From assembly GCA_024228355.1 (NCBI GenBank), contig JAAETN010000394.1, positions 15,081 to 79,080 of the forward strand: a stretch of DNA of 64,000 nucleotides, in the 5' to 3' direction. Positions 47,405 through 57,196 of the stretch are shown here, in pieces. This stretch comes from Maribacter sp. (GTDB lineage Bacteria; Bacteroidota; Bacteroidia; Flavobacteriales; Flavobacteriaceae). The notes under the pieces are model-generated. The model worked only from the letters and a program-made list of their open reading frames with translations. It did no database searches and was not told the DNA's origin. Within the stretch, counting starts at the first letter, position 1. The number at the start of each line of letters is the position of its first letter. The translations under genes were made by a program, and so were the position numbers.

Positions 47405-50400
47405 ATGAAATCAAGACTATTTACTTTTTTCCTCTTTCTTTTACTTTCTTTTTCAACCAAAGCCCAAACCAATGAAGAGGTCTTCAAGAACTTGAAATTT
47501 CGCTTTATTGGTCCCGAAGGCAATAGAACAATAGCTATAGCAGGAGTTCCTGGCGACCCAATGATCAATTACATCGGCGCGGCGTCAGGAGGGTTATGGA
47601 AAACCGAGGATGGTGGTGTAAGTTGGAGTTCGATTTTTGATGACCATGATGTTTCTTCTGTGGGTTCCTTGGCCATAACACCAACAAATCCCGATATTGT
47701 TTGGGTCGGTACAGGTGAAACCTTTGTAATTAGACCTGCCCATGCCATGGGAGATGGTATCTATAAATCCGAAGATGCTGGAAAGACCTGGAAAAACATG
47801 GGACTTGAAAAAACAGGTAGAATTGGCCGTGTGATAATTCATCCTACCAATCCCGATATTGTTTATGCAGCTTCTTTAGGTCATACTTACGGCCCCCAAC
47901 AAGAAAGAGGAGTCTATAAAACAGTCGATGGAGGTAAAAATTGGAAGCGCATACTGTTTATTGATGAAAATACAGGCGCTGCCGATATAACTATAGACCC
48001 AAACAACCCGGAAAGATTATTGGTGGGCATGTGGACTATTCATATTAATACTTGGGGATTGAACAGTGGTGGTCCTGGAGGCGGAATATACCGATCATTA
48101 GACGGAGGTGACAAGTGGGAGGCCTTATCTAAAAAAGGATTACCAGGTGGTAAGGATAATCCCGTGGGGAAAACCGGAGTTGCCATTTCACACTCTAATC
48201 CTAATGTTGTTTATGCATTGTTTGAAATTGATAGCCCGGCACTCTATCGATCTGAGGACTTTGGTGAAACTTGGACTTTGCAGACCAGAAACCATGATAT
48301 TAATGAGCGTGCACCTTATTATACACGTATGGCCGTTTCAACTGACACTCCTGATGAGGTGTATTTTGCCAATGTAAAATTCAGCACTTCAAAAGACGGC
48401 GGAAAAACAATAAAAGGAGGTTACAAAGCTGGTGGTGATAACCATGATATTTGGGTTGACCCTACCAATGCGGACCGAATCATGGTTGCCCATGATGGTG
48501 GTGCGAGTATAAGTCTGAATCATGGTAAAACCTTTCAGAGAGTGGTACTCCCAATCGCCCAAATGTACCATGTTGCTGTAGATGACCAAGTCCCATATAA
48601 CGTATATGGCAACAGGCAGGACGGTTACTCTTATCGAGGGCCCAGCAACAGCTTGCAAGGTTATATACCGATTGGTCTTTGGGAAGGTGTTGGGGGTTGC
48701 GAAAGCGGTTTTGCCCAACCTGATCCTTTTGATAATGATATTATATGGTCTGGTTGCTATGATGGTGGACTCGAAAGATACAATTCCAAAACAGGACATG
48801 CCCAGGACGTTCGCGTATGGCCTGAGGCTGGCTATGGTTGGGCACCTGCCGACATGAAATACCGTTGGTACTGGAGTTTTCCCTTGGCATTTTCACCACA
48901 TGTTAAACATCGTGTTTATGTCGGAAGTCAATTTGTACATAAAAGTGATGATAACGGACAGAGCTGGCAAATAATTAGCCCGGATCTGACTTTGAACGAT
49001 AAATCACATCAACAAAGTTCAGGTGGTATTGCCGCCGATAATTTAATGACCTTTGATGGTTCTACCCTGATTGCGATCAAGGAATCGAACTTGGAAGCTG
49101 GTGTAATTTGGGTGGGCAGCAATGACGGACAAGTAAACGTGACCAAAAACGGAGGCGATACATGGACCAATGTCAGCTCCAATATTCCCAATCTCCCAAA
49201 ATGGGGAACGATTTCGAATATTGAAACTTCGCGCTATAAAGAAGGTACAGCCTATATCAGCATTGATATTCATCAAATGGGCGACTTTGACCCTTATATC
49301 TTTAAGACTAGTGATTATGGCGAAAGTTGGAAATTGATAAGCAATACAATTCCAAAATCAGTTCACAGTTTTGTGCATGTGGTAAAGGAAGACCCTAAAC
49401 GTAAGGGAATGTTGTATGCAGGTGTTGATAACGGTATTTATATTAGCTATGATGATGGAGAGAGCTGGATGCGATTACGAAACAATTTACCTCCAGCCCC
49501 TGTGTATTGGTTAGAAATTCAAGAGCGTTTTGATGATTTGGTCGTGGGTACCTATGGAAGAGGTTATTATATTCTAGACAATATTTCACCATTGCGGGAA
49601 TTTGATTTGGATGCCCAAAATAAAGACGCCCATCTTTTTAGTCTACGGGAAGCTTATCGTTTTCACAACAAACAAAGTATTAAGACCGATGGGCCTAGTA
49701 ATAATTCTGGTAAAAATCCAGCATATGGGGCAGATATCAATTACTACATAAAAGACAGTACGGACCAAAAGGTTGAAATTCAAATCATGGATGCCAATGA
49801 TGAAATCATTCGGACCTTAAAAGGTGAAAATGACAAGGGCGTTCATAGAACGATGTGGGATCTGCGTTATGAACCAACCTATAAACCAAAATTGAAGTCC
49901 ACCCCACCAGGACGGCCATGGGTACAGCTGAACGGTGAAGGATGGCGGCCCTTGGTCACATGGGATTTGGATTTATGGCGAGGGCAATTTGGCCCACGTG
50001 TTGTACCAGATTCTTTTAAAGTAAAATTGATTGTTGGAAAAGAGGAATATGTAAGGGAATTGGAGGTGTTTAAAGATCCTTCATCAGAAGGCACGCTGGA
50101 AAGTATAAAAAAGCAGGTTGCCTTTTCTTTGGAATTACGTGATGCAATGAATCTTTCTGTTACCATGATCAATGATATCGAAACAATTAGAGGTGAATTG
50201 AATGAGATTATACCAAGTTTAAAACGCGAAAGTGATGTTCAACGAGCTACAGAACTAAGAATAATGGCACAGAATATTGCAGGATCATTGTATGATATTC
50301 ATTTGACCGGTGCACGCGAAGATGCTTTTAGGGCACCCATGAAATTATACGGTAGGCTTAGCGCTTTGGCCAGCGATATTGGTGGACATGGCATTGATTT

Positions 50401-50566
50401 CAAGCCCACGGAACAACAGCGAGAAGTATATGCCATCTTCAATAAACGCCTTGAAAATGTAAATGACAGGTTTAAAAAATTTATGAAGGTAGAAGTGAAA
50501 CAATTGAATGCTCAGTTGAAAAAAAGTAAACTTCAAATACAGATCAATAAAAAAATAAAATCATAA
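47405..50566 (+). CDS. Exported VPS10/BNR (Asp-box) beta-propeller, glycosyl-hydrolase-like
   Basis: Signal peptide; repeated S/T-x-D-G-G-x-T-W Asp-boxes; DNHDIWVDP, QMYHV and VGTYGRG motifs; coiled C-terminus. Confidence 0.82.
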   Translation: MKSRLFTFFLFLLLSFSTKAQTNEEVFKNLKFRFIGPEGNRTIAIAGVPGDPMINYIGAASGGLWKTEDGGVSWSSIFDDHDVSSVGSLAITPTNPDIVWVGTGETFVIRPAHAMGDGIYKSEDAGKTWKNMGLEKTGRIGRVIIHPTNPDIVYAASLGHTYGPQQERGVYKTVDGGKNWKRILFIDENTGAADITIDPNNPERLLVGMWTIHINTWGLNSGGPGGGIYRSLDGGDKWEALSKKGLPGGKDNPVGKTGVAISHSNPNVVYALFEIDSPALYRSEDFGETWTLQTRNHDINERAPYYTRMAVSTDTPDEVYFANVKFSTSKDGGKTIKGGYKAGGDNHDIWVDPTNADRIMVAHDGGASISLNHGKTFQRVVLPIAQMYHVAVDDQVPYNVYGNRQDGYSYRGPSNSLQGYIPIGLWEGVGGCESGFAQPDPFDNDIIWSGCYDGGLERYNSKTGHAQDVRVWPEAGYGWAPADMKYRWYWSFPLAFSPHVKHRVYVGSQFVHKSDDNGQSWQIISPDLTLNDKSHQQSSGGIAADNLMTFDGSTLIAIKESNLEAGVIWVGSNDGQVNVTKNGGDTWTNVSSNIPNLPKWGTISNIETSRYKEGTAYISIDIHQMGDFDPYIFKTSDYGESWKLISNTIPKSVHSFVHVVKEDPKRKGMLYAGVDNGIYISYDDGESWMRLRNNLPPAPVYWLEIQERFDDLVVGTYGRGYYILDNISPLREFDLDAQNKDAHLFSLREAYRFHNKQSIKTDGPSNNSGKNPAYGADINYYIKDSTDQKVEIQIMDANDEIIRTLKGENDKGVHRTMWDLRYEPTYKPKLKSTPPGRPWVQLNGEGWRPLVTWDLDLWRGQFGPRVVPDSFKVKLIVGKEEYVRELEVFKDPSSEGTLESIKKQVAFSLELRDAMNLSVTMINDIETIRGELNEIIPSLKRESDVQRATELRIMAQNIAGSLYDIHLTGAREDAFRAPMKLYGRLSALASDIGGHGIDFKPTEQQREVYAIFNKRLENVNDRFKKFMKVEVKQLNAQLKKSKLQIQINKKIKS

Positions 50567-50599
50567 ACCGTGTAGCCCTAGCGAAACCGGCCAAAAACA

Positions 50600-51169
50600 T
50601 TAATCTATCACCCCATAATCCCGAAGGTCTTTGGCGTTCATGGTAATAATATTAACATCCAATGGTATCGGAATCAAGGGTTCATTTATCGAATCTCTGG
50701 GGGAGTTTACAATAGCGTCAACAATTTCCATTCCTTTTATTACTTTCCCAAAAATTGTGTAGTCGCCGTCCAAACGATGCTCCCCTTTCTTATTATGCAC
50801 GATATAAAATTGGCATCGGGCAGAAAGTTTATCGGGATTATTATCCCTTCCTGCGCCAAAAGCACCGTATTCGTGTAAGAGATTATCAGTAAACTCTGGT
50901 TCCAACAAATATTCTGGATCATTGAAACCTTCTGGGGTATCAGGACAGCCTCCCTGGGCCACGAAATTTGGAATAACCCTATTAAAGGTTAGTGAATCCC
51001 AATAACCATCATTCGCCAATTGTATAAAACTCTTCCTGTGGTTTGGGGTTTCGTTATAAAGCCAAACCAAAATCTCACCTTTGGGGGTTTTTATCTGTCC
51101 TACTTCATATTTCTTGTTCAAATCGCAGGTTGATAATACAAACAACAATGGAAATATTAATTTATACAT
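50600..51169 (-). CDS. Cyclophilin-type peptidylprolyl isomerase (lipoprotein)
   Basis: TPNHRKSF, FNRVIPNFVAQGG, QFYIV and YTIFGKVIKGM motifs; ATG at 51169 likely. Confidence 0.9.
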   Translation of the reverse strand: MYKLIFPLLFVLSTCDLNKKYEVGQIKTPKGEILVWLYNETPNHRKSFIQLANDGYWDSLTFNRVIPNFVAQGGCPDTPEGFNDPEYLLEPEFTDNLLHEYGAFGAGRDNNPDKLSARCQFYIVHNKKGEHRLDGDYTIFGKVIKGMEIVDAIVNSPRDSINEPLIPIPLDVNIITMNAKDLRDYGVID

Positions 51170-51193
51170 CTCTCGGATTCTTTGTGGCAAGAT

Positions 51194-51226
51194 AAAAAAA
51201 GAGGCTAGAATATTTTAGCCTCTTTT
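51194..51226. terminator. Intrinsic terminator hairpin
   Basis: A7-GAGGCTA-loop-TAGCCTC-T4. Confidence 0.75.
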
Positions 51227-51251
51227 CATGATTTAAGTTGGTTAATTTACT

Positions 51252-51536
51252 TTATTTGGCCATGGCCTTTTTAATAGCTCCAATAATGGCCATTAAAACA
51301 CCCCCACCAACACCACCACCGGCAACACTTCCTAAAATTCCTGCCATATCCATTCCCCCGGCATCAACATCCATTCCCAACATTCCAAGAAGCTGACCTC
51401 CCAGTCCGCCACCCAAGATTCCCACTATAGAGTTTCCAAGGGTTCCAAGAGACATGTTTTTCAATAATTTGCCAGCAATATTGCCTCCAAGGGCACCTGA
51501 AACCAGCTGAATAATTAACGGTAAATACTCTTCCAT
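51252..51536 (-). CDS. Small glycine-zipper membrane protein
   Basis: 94 aa with GxxxG-rich hydrophobic helices. Confidence 0.75.
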   Translation of the reverse strand: MEEYLPLIIQLVSGALGGNIAGKLLKNMSLGTLGNSIVGILGGGLGGQLLGMLGMDVDAGGMDMAGILGSVAGGGVGGGVLMAIIGAIKKAMAK

Positions 51537-51736
51537 TTTTAAAATGATTTAGTTGATTATTATGCATAAATTTAAGAATATCTTAAATATTTTCTTATTT
51601 CAAAAGTTAAATATTATCTATTTGTGATTTTTAAGGCGATTTTGATAGTGATTATTGAATGTTTGGAAATCTTATTGAAACCTTGCGATTTGCAGCACGA
51701 AACCCTAATTTTAACAACAGAAATTATCATAATAAA

Positions 51737-52714
51737 ATGCGATTTAAATCCTTCATTCTAGTCCTGGTAATAGGTGTTTCATTTTTTGCACATTCACAGG
51801 AAATATCCAGTAAATCCAATAAAAAAATAAAGGCACTGATTATTGACGGTCAAAACAACCACGATCAATGGCCCAAAATCACTTTCATGCTTAAAAAATA
51901 CATGGAAGATACGGGTATGTTCAAGGTCGATGTTAAACGAACCGCTTATACTTGGAAAGGCGAAGCATTTCTATCTGATTTTCTACTAAAAGGAATACGT
52001 AATACGGTAGCGACAAAAAAACCGAAGAGTGACCCTGACTATAAGCCCAGATTTAATAAATATGATGTTATCATTTGCAATTTTGGATGGAATGCCGCCA
52101 ACTGGCCGGCAAAGACTCAAAAATCACTTGAAAAATACATTAATGATGGGGGTGGTTTGGTAGTTTTCCATGCTGCTGACAATTCCTTCCCTAAATGGAC
52201 GGCATACAATCAAATGATTGGTTTAGGCGGTTGGGGAGACCGAACCGAAAAAGACGGCCCATATGTCTATTATAATGACAATGACGAGTTGATACGTGAC
52301 ATAACCCCCGGAAATGGTGGTGCTCACGGACCCCAACATGAATATCAGATACAAATTAGAAATACGGATCATCCTATAACTAAAGGGATGCCTTCGAAAT
52401 GGTTGCATACAAAAGATGAACTATATGAAAGATTACGGGGGCCAGCCGAAAATATGGAAATTCTGGCAACGACCTATGCAGCAAAGGAGTTCAAGGGTTC
52501 TGAAAGGCATGAACCGGCACTAATGGCATTAAATTATGGCAAAGGACGAATCTTTCATAACATTATGGGACATGCCGATTATTCCGTGCAATGCGTTGGG
52601 TTTATTACTACAATGTTACGAGGAGCAGAGTGGGTGGCTACAGGTAAGGTAACTTTCCCAATTCCAGAGGATTTTCCAACATCAGAAAAATCAAGTAGTC
52701 GAAATTTTGATTAA
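51737..52714 (+). CDS. ThuA-like domain protein, exported
   Basis: ALIIDGQNNH, GGGLVVFHAA, HPITKG, DELY and GKGRIFHNIMGH motifs; ATG at 51737. Confidence 0.85.
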   Translation: MRFKSFILVLVIGVSFFAHSQEISSKSNKKIKALIIDGQNNHDQWPKITFMLKKYMEDTGMFKVDVKRTAYTWKGEAFLSDFLLKGIRNTVATKKPKSDPDYKPRFNKYDVIICNFGWNAANWPAKTQKSLEKYINDGGGLVVFHAADNSFPKWTAYNQMIGLGGWGDRTEKDGPYVYYNDNDELIRDITPGNGGAHGPQHEYQIQIRNTDHPITKGMPSKWLHTKDELYERLRGPAENMEILATTYAAKEFKGSERHEPALMALNYGKGRIFHNIMGHADYSVQCVGFITTMLRGAEWVATGKVTFPIPEDFPTSEKSSSRNFD

Positions 52715-52723
52715 AGACAGCAA

Positions 52724-53128
52724 ATGCAACTAACACTCAGTATTCCGGCCCTACTTTTCCCTGCAATTTCTTTGTCAATGTTGGCTTATAATGCTCGATA
52801 TTTGGCCATTGCCGCTTTGATTCGACAGCTACATCAAAAATTTCAAGAAACAGCTTCCCCTGTGGTAGGGCTTCAGGTCAAACAATTAAGTAAACGCCTA
52901 TCAATCATAAAAAATATGCAAGCTGTTGCGATTTTAAGCTTTTTGTTCAGTGTTATTACTATGTTCTTGATCTATATAGAACTAGTATTTTGGGCAAATT
53001 TGGTCTTCGGCATTAGTTTATTAGCCTTAATGATTTCCCTTATCCTATCCTTTATTGAAGTACAATTATCGACCAAGGCCTTATCGATACAGTTAAAAGA
53101 TATAGCACCCCAATCGTCGAAAGTTTAA
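52724..53128 (+). CDS. DUF2721-family membrane protein
   Basis: PALLFPAISL..LAY..RYL and EVQLSTKAL motifs. Confidence 0.75.
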   Translation: MQLTLSIPALLFPAISLSMLAYNARYLAIAALIRQLHQKFQETASPVVGLQVKQLSKRLSIIKNMQAVAILSFLFSVITMFLIYIELVFWANLVFGISLLALMISLILSFIEVQLSTKALSIQLKDIAPQSSKV

Positions 53129-53167
53129 TCTCTTTTACCTCGATCTTTATTATAAAATCGGTGTATT

Positions 53168-55423
53168 ATGAATTTCATAAATCGCTTGTTAATGAATCTT
53201 ATAAATTTCACTTGTCTGATTCCTCTGTGTTTTATTCCGCTTCTGGGATCAAGTCAGGATATTGGCAACGAACAAGCACCTAAGGAAATTAAAGGGCATT
53301 TGCTTAATAACGTTGAGCTTCATATGGATGGCGTAGTGGATGAGGAATTTTGGATGAACATTCCGGGAAATGGAAATTTTCTAATGCAAGAACCGAAAGA
53401 AGGAGGTGACCCCACGGAGCGAACAGAAATAAGGGTCGCATTCGATAATCAAAATATTTATATCGCAGTAATTTGCTATGACAGCGATCCATCAGGGATA
53501 AAGGCTTTTCAAATGAAGAGGGACGCATCACTGGAAACAGATGATCGATTTAGATGGGTTTTTGACACATTTATGGACAAACGAAGGGCCTATTTTTTTG
53601 AAATCAATCCTTTGGGATTACGCGGGGATGGCCTCATTTCTTCAGGGCAAGGACAAACTCTGAATAAGGACTGGGACGGTATCTGGAAAGCATGGACACA
53701 CATCGGTGACTTTGGCTGGTCTGCCGAAATTAGGGTTCCTTTTAGGAGCATAAACTTTGATCCCAAAAGTGAAGTTTGGGGAATTAATTTTCAAAGAACA
53801 ATCCGTCGTAAAAATGAAGAACAGCTGTGGACAGGTCACCGCCGTAATCAGGGATTGTTACGACCACAGAATGCCGGCATACTTACCGGCCTTTCTGATC
53901 CATCGCAGGGAATTGGGCTAGAGGTCGTTCCTTACGTCATAACACAGGCAGGAAAGGAATATGATAATGAAATAGACCAATATACAAACGACGAATCTGC
54001 TGACATGGGATTTGATATCAATTACAATATTACACCCCAATTAAAGGCCTCTTTTACATACAACACTGATTTTGCACAGACCGAAGTGGACGATAGACAA
54101 ATAAACCTTACTCGTTTTCCTTTACGTTTTCCCGAAAAAAGAGATTTTTTCCTTGAGGGATCCTCAATTTTACAATTTGCCCCCCAAAGTCGGGTAGACC
54201 CCTATTTTAGTCGTAGGATCGGTCTCGTTGATGGAGTACCCATCCCCATTAAGTACGGAGGTCGTTTGATAGGAAATATTGGTAAGAATAACATTGCGCT
54301 TATACATGTGCGTACAGGGGAAAAGGGCGAACTCAACCCAGAAAGCTTTACCGTTGCCAGATATAGAAGGGATTTTTGGAAAGAAAGCTCCATTGGCGTT
54401 TTGTATACCAAAAGGAGTACTGAGGGTGATTTATTGTTAGGCAATCCAATTCAAGATAGAAATACACTGGGCGCCGACCTCACTTTAAGTACTTCCGAGT
54501 TTTTAGGGGATTATGTACTACAGTTTTCTGCCTTTTTTATTGGGCATAACCCTGCTTCACCTCTAGACAATTCCACTTCATTGTCAGATCGATCGGTACG
54601 CGGTCTAAGGTTTAATTTTCCAAACCAACCCTGGTCTGCTTGGGTTTCGTATAGGGAATTTGGGGATGCTTACGATCCAGCGGTTGGTTTTAATCGTCGA
54701 AATGGTTTCAAAAGGTTTCAACCAACACTAAACTATGCTCCTCTTTTTGAAAAAAGCAACGTCATAAGAGAAATAGAGTGGGGTATTCACTACGAGCATC
54801 TCACTTCATTGCAAAACAAGCTTCTTACTGAAAACCTTAGGTTTACCTTAGGTGAAATCAGATTCGAATCAGGTGAGAGTTTGGGTGTTGAAATATCCAG
54901 GAATTTTGAACTTCTTGATGAAAATTTTGACATACTTGGAGACGGTTCAGTAATTGTGGTTCCAGGAGAATATGTGAATTGGAGTTATGAAATAGAAGCC
55001 TCTTCCGCATCATTTCGCAAGATATCCGGATCTATCGAATATGAAGCGGGGGGTTTTTGGACAGGGAATTTATCTAGCTTGGATTTGGGGCTAACTGTAC
55101 GTCCCGTACCAGGTATTAATCTGGGCTGTGGGTATAGATATGCAAAAGTAACAGCTGAAAACAGTGGATTTAACACCAATTTATTTCAGATGGATCTAGG
55201 CTTGGATTTTACTCCCGACATATCGTTATCATCAAATATTCAGTTTGATGATGTAAGTGAGGTTCTGGGCACAAACACGCGTTTTAGATGGATAATCACA
55301 CCTGGGACCGATATTTTCTTTGTGTATAACCACAATTGGCTGAACAATCCAGCATTGGATAAAAGGTTTTTTACAGTACAACAGGGAGGAGCTATGAAAA
55401 TTGTTTACACCTATCGTTTTTAA
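53168..55423 (+). CDS. CBM9-like plus DUF5916 outer-membrane protein
   Basis: DGVVDE, FEINPLG, WSAEIRVPF and NTDFAQTEVD..NLTRF..FPEKRDFFLEG motifs; C-terminal YRF. Confidence 0.8.
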   Translation: MNFINRLLMNLINFTCLIPLCFIPLLGSSQDIGNEQAPKEIKGHLLNNVELHMDGVVDEEFWMNIPGNGNFLMQEPKEGGDPTERTEIRVAFDNQNIYIAVICYDSDPSGIKAFQMKRDASLETDDRFRWVFDTFMDKRRAYFFEINPLGLRGDGLISSGQGQTLNKDWDGIWKAWTHIGDFGWSAEIRVPFRSINFDPKSEVWGINFQRTIRRKNEEQLWTGHRRNQGLLRPQNAGILTGLSDPSQGIGLEVVPYVITQAGKEYDNEIDQYTNDESADMGFDINYNITPQLKASFTYNTDFAQTEVDDRQINLTRFPLRFPEKRDFFLEGSSILQFAPQSRVDPYFSRRIGLVDGVPIPIKYGGRLIGNIGKNNIALIHVRTGEKGELNPESFTVARYRRDFWKESSIGVLYTKRSTEGDLLLGNPIQDRNTLGADLTLSTSEFLGDYVLQFSAFFIGHNPASPLDNSTSLSDRSVRGLRFNFPNQPWSAWVSYREFGDAYDPAVGFNRRNGFKRFQPTLNYAPLFEKSNVIREIEWGIHYEHLTSLQNKLLTENLRFTLGEIRFESGESLGVEISRNFELLDENFDILGDGSVIVVPGEYVNWSYEIEASSASFRKISGSIEYEAGGFWTGNLSSLDLGLTVRPVPGINLGCGYRYAKVTAENSGFNTNLFQMDLGLDFTPDISLSSNIQFDDVSEVLGTNTRFRWIITPGTDIFFVYNHNWLNNPALDKRFFTVQQGGAMKIVYTYRF

Positions 55424-55504
55424 AATAAGCTAGATTAAATAAACGTGGTCGTCTTTTAAGCGCGGCCCAATAAAGGAGTCAAATTATTAATTAAACATAT
55501 TTAA

Positions 55505-57145
55505 ATGTATATCATGGAACGAGTGTTAAGGTTTGTCCGCGCTTTTACGACCTTTTTCCTGCTATCATTCATTTTAATCGTAATAAGTTGCGGTCAAAAA
55601 AATTCCAGGAAAAAAGAGAAAGGACAACTGGCTCACTCATCAGATAAGCCTCTAAATGTAGTTCTTTTTCTAGTGGATGATTTGGGTTGGACCGATGTAA
55701 ATTGTTATGGTAGCTCTTTTTATGAAACTCCGAATATTGATCAGTTGGCTCAGGAAGGCGTTCGCTTTTCCAATGCATATGCTGCTTGCCATGTCTGCTC
55801 CCCTACTCGGGCTAGTTTATTGACCGGCAAATATCCGGCTACGTTAAATTTGACCGATTGGCTAACTGGACTTAGGGATTTCACATTTCAAAAACTCAAA
55901 AATGTAGCAATGAACCAACATCTACCTTATAATCAAAATACCTTACCCAAAACCCTAAAGCAGAATGGATACGAAACCGCTATTTATGGCAAATGGCATT
56001 TAGGTGAAGATTCCCTTTCCATCCAGCGACAAGGTTTTGATGTTCATATACCGGATTGGAACAAAGGGTGGCCCAAGGCAGGGTATCATTATCCATACGA
56101 AATGAAAGGGTTGGAAACTGGTAAAAAAGGTGAATATCTTACGGATAGGATGACCGATGAATCCCTGAAGTTTATTGAAAAAAATAAGGACAAACCCTTT
56201 TTCCTTTATCTATCACATTTTGCTGTACATGACCCCATTGAAGGGCGACCTAACCTAGTGGAGAAATACAGTGCAAAGCTAAAAATTTCAAAGAAATCAA
56301 AGGAACAACCTTATATTTTAGAAGGACGACCGAGTGACAAGCTACAAGTTTCAAGAACTGAATTGAATCACCAGGTTCAAAACCCAGCTTACAACGGCTA
56401 CCAAGTTTTTCCTGATAAAACGGTCAAAATAAAACAACGTCAAGATAACGTAGAATTTGCTGCCATGGTTGAAAGTATGGACGAAAGCCTTGGAAGGGTG
56501 CTTCAAAAGCTTAAGGATTTGGACATAGATGAGCAAACCTTGGTCATATTCTATTCAGATAATGGAGGTATGTCAGCGGCCAACTTTTGGGACCCAAAAC
56601 GTACGATTCCTGAAACCGATTTGGATAAAGCCTACTCTACCTCAAATCTTCCACTTAGGGCAGGGAAAGGCTGGCTGTATGAAGGGGGTATCCGCGTACC
56701 CTTAATTATCAAGTGGCCAGGGCAAGGATTGCGGGCCGCTGTGAACGATGTTCCAGTGACAAGTCCTGATTTCTTACCAACCATCTTGGAAATACTGAAT
56801 ATTGAACACACTTCTGCGGATACCCATGGCATTAGCATGGTGCCGTTGCTTAAGGGGCAAAATCAACTGGAAAGGGATGCGATTTTCTGGCATTTCCCGC
56901 ACTACAGTAACCATGGGATGCAAAGCCCAGAAGGGGCCATTCGAAGTGGGGATTACAAACTATTGGAATATTATGAAAATGGAAAAGTGCAGTTGTTCAA
57001 TTTGAAAGATGATATTGGTGAACAACATGACCTTGCCATTTCGGAACCTGATAAGGTTCAAGCTCTTTTGAAAAAACTTCGCAAATGGCGAAATAGTGTT
57101 GGGGCAAAAATGATGGAGCCCAATCCTAATTACAACGATTTATAA
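55505..57145 (+). CDS. Cys-type (S1) sulfatase lipoprotein
   Basis: NVVLFLVDDLG, CSPTRAS, GKWHLG, SDNGG and EGGIRVP motifs. Confidence 0.93.
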   Translation: MYIMERVLRFVRAFTTFFLLSFILIVISCGQKNSRKKEKGQLAHSSDKPLNVVLFLVDDLGWTDVNCYGSSFYETPNIDQLAQEGVRFSNAYAACHVCSPTRASLLTGKYPATLNLTDWLTGLRDFTFQKLKNVAMNQHLPYNQNTLPKTLKQNGYETAIYGKWHLGEDSLSIQRQGFDVHIPDWNKGWPKAGYHYPYEMKGLETGKKGEYLTDRMTDESLKFIEKNKDKPFFLYLSHFAVHDPIEGRPNLVEKYSAKLKISKKSKEQPYILEGRPSDKLQVSRTELNHQVQNPAYNGYQVFPDKTVKIKQRQDNVEFAAMVESMDESLGRVLQKLKDLDIDEQTLVIFYSDNGGMSAANFWDPKRTIPETDLDKAYSTSNLPLRAGKGWLYEGGIRVPLIIKWPGQGLRAAVNDVPVTSPDFLPTILEILNIEHTSADTHGISMVPLLKGQNQLERDAIFWHFPHYSNHGMQSPEGAIRSGDYKLLEYYENGKVQLFNLKDDIGEQHDLAISEPDKVQALLKKLRKWRNSVGAKMMEPNPNYNDL

Positions 57146-57196
57146 AAATTTGTGATCAATGAAAATTTATCCTCATCAACATCTTAATGCAAGTAA

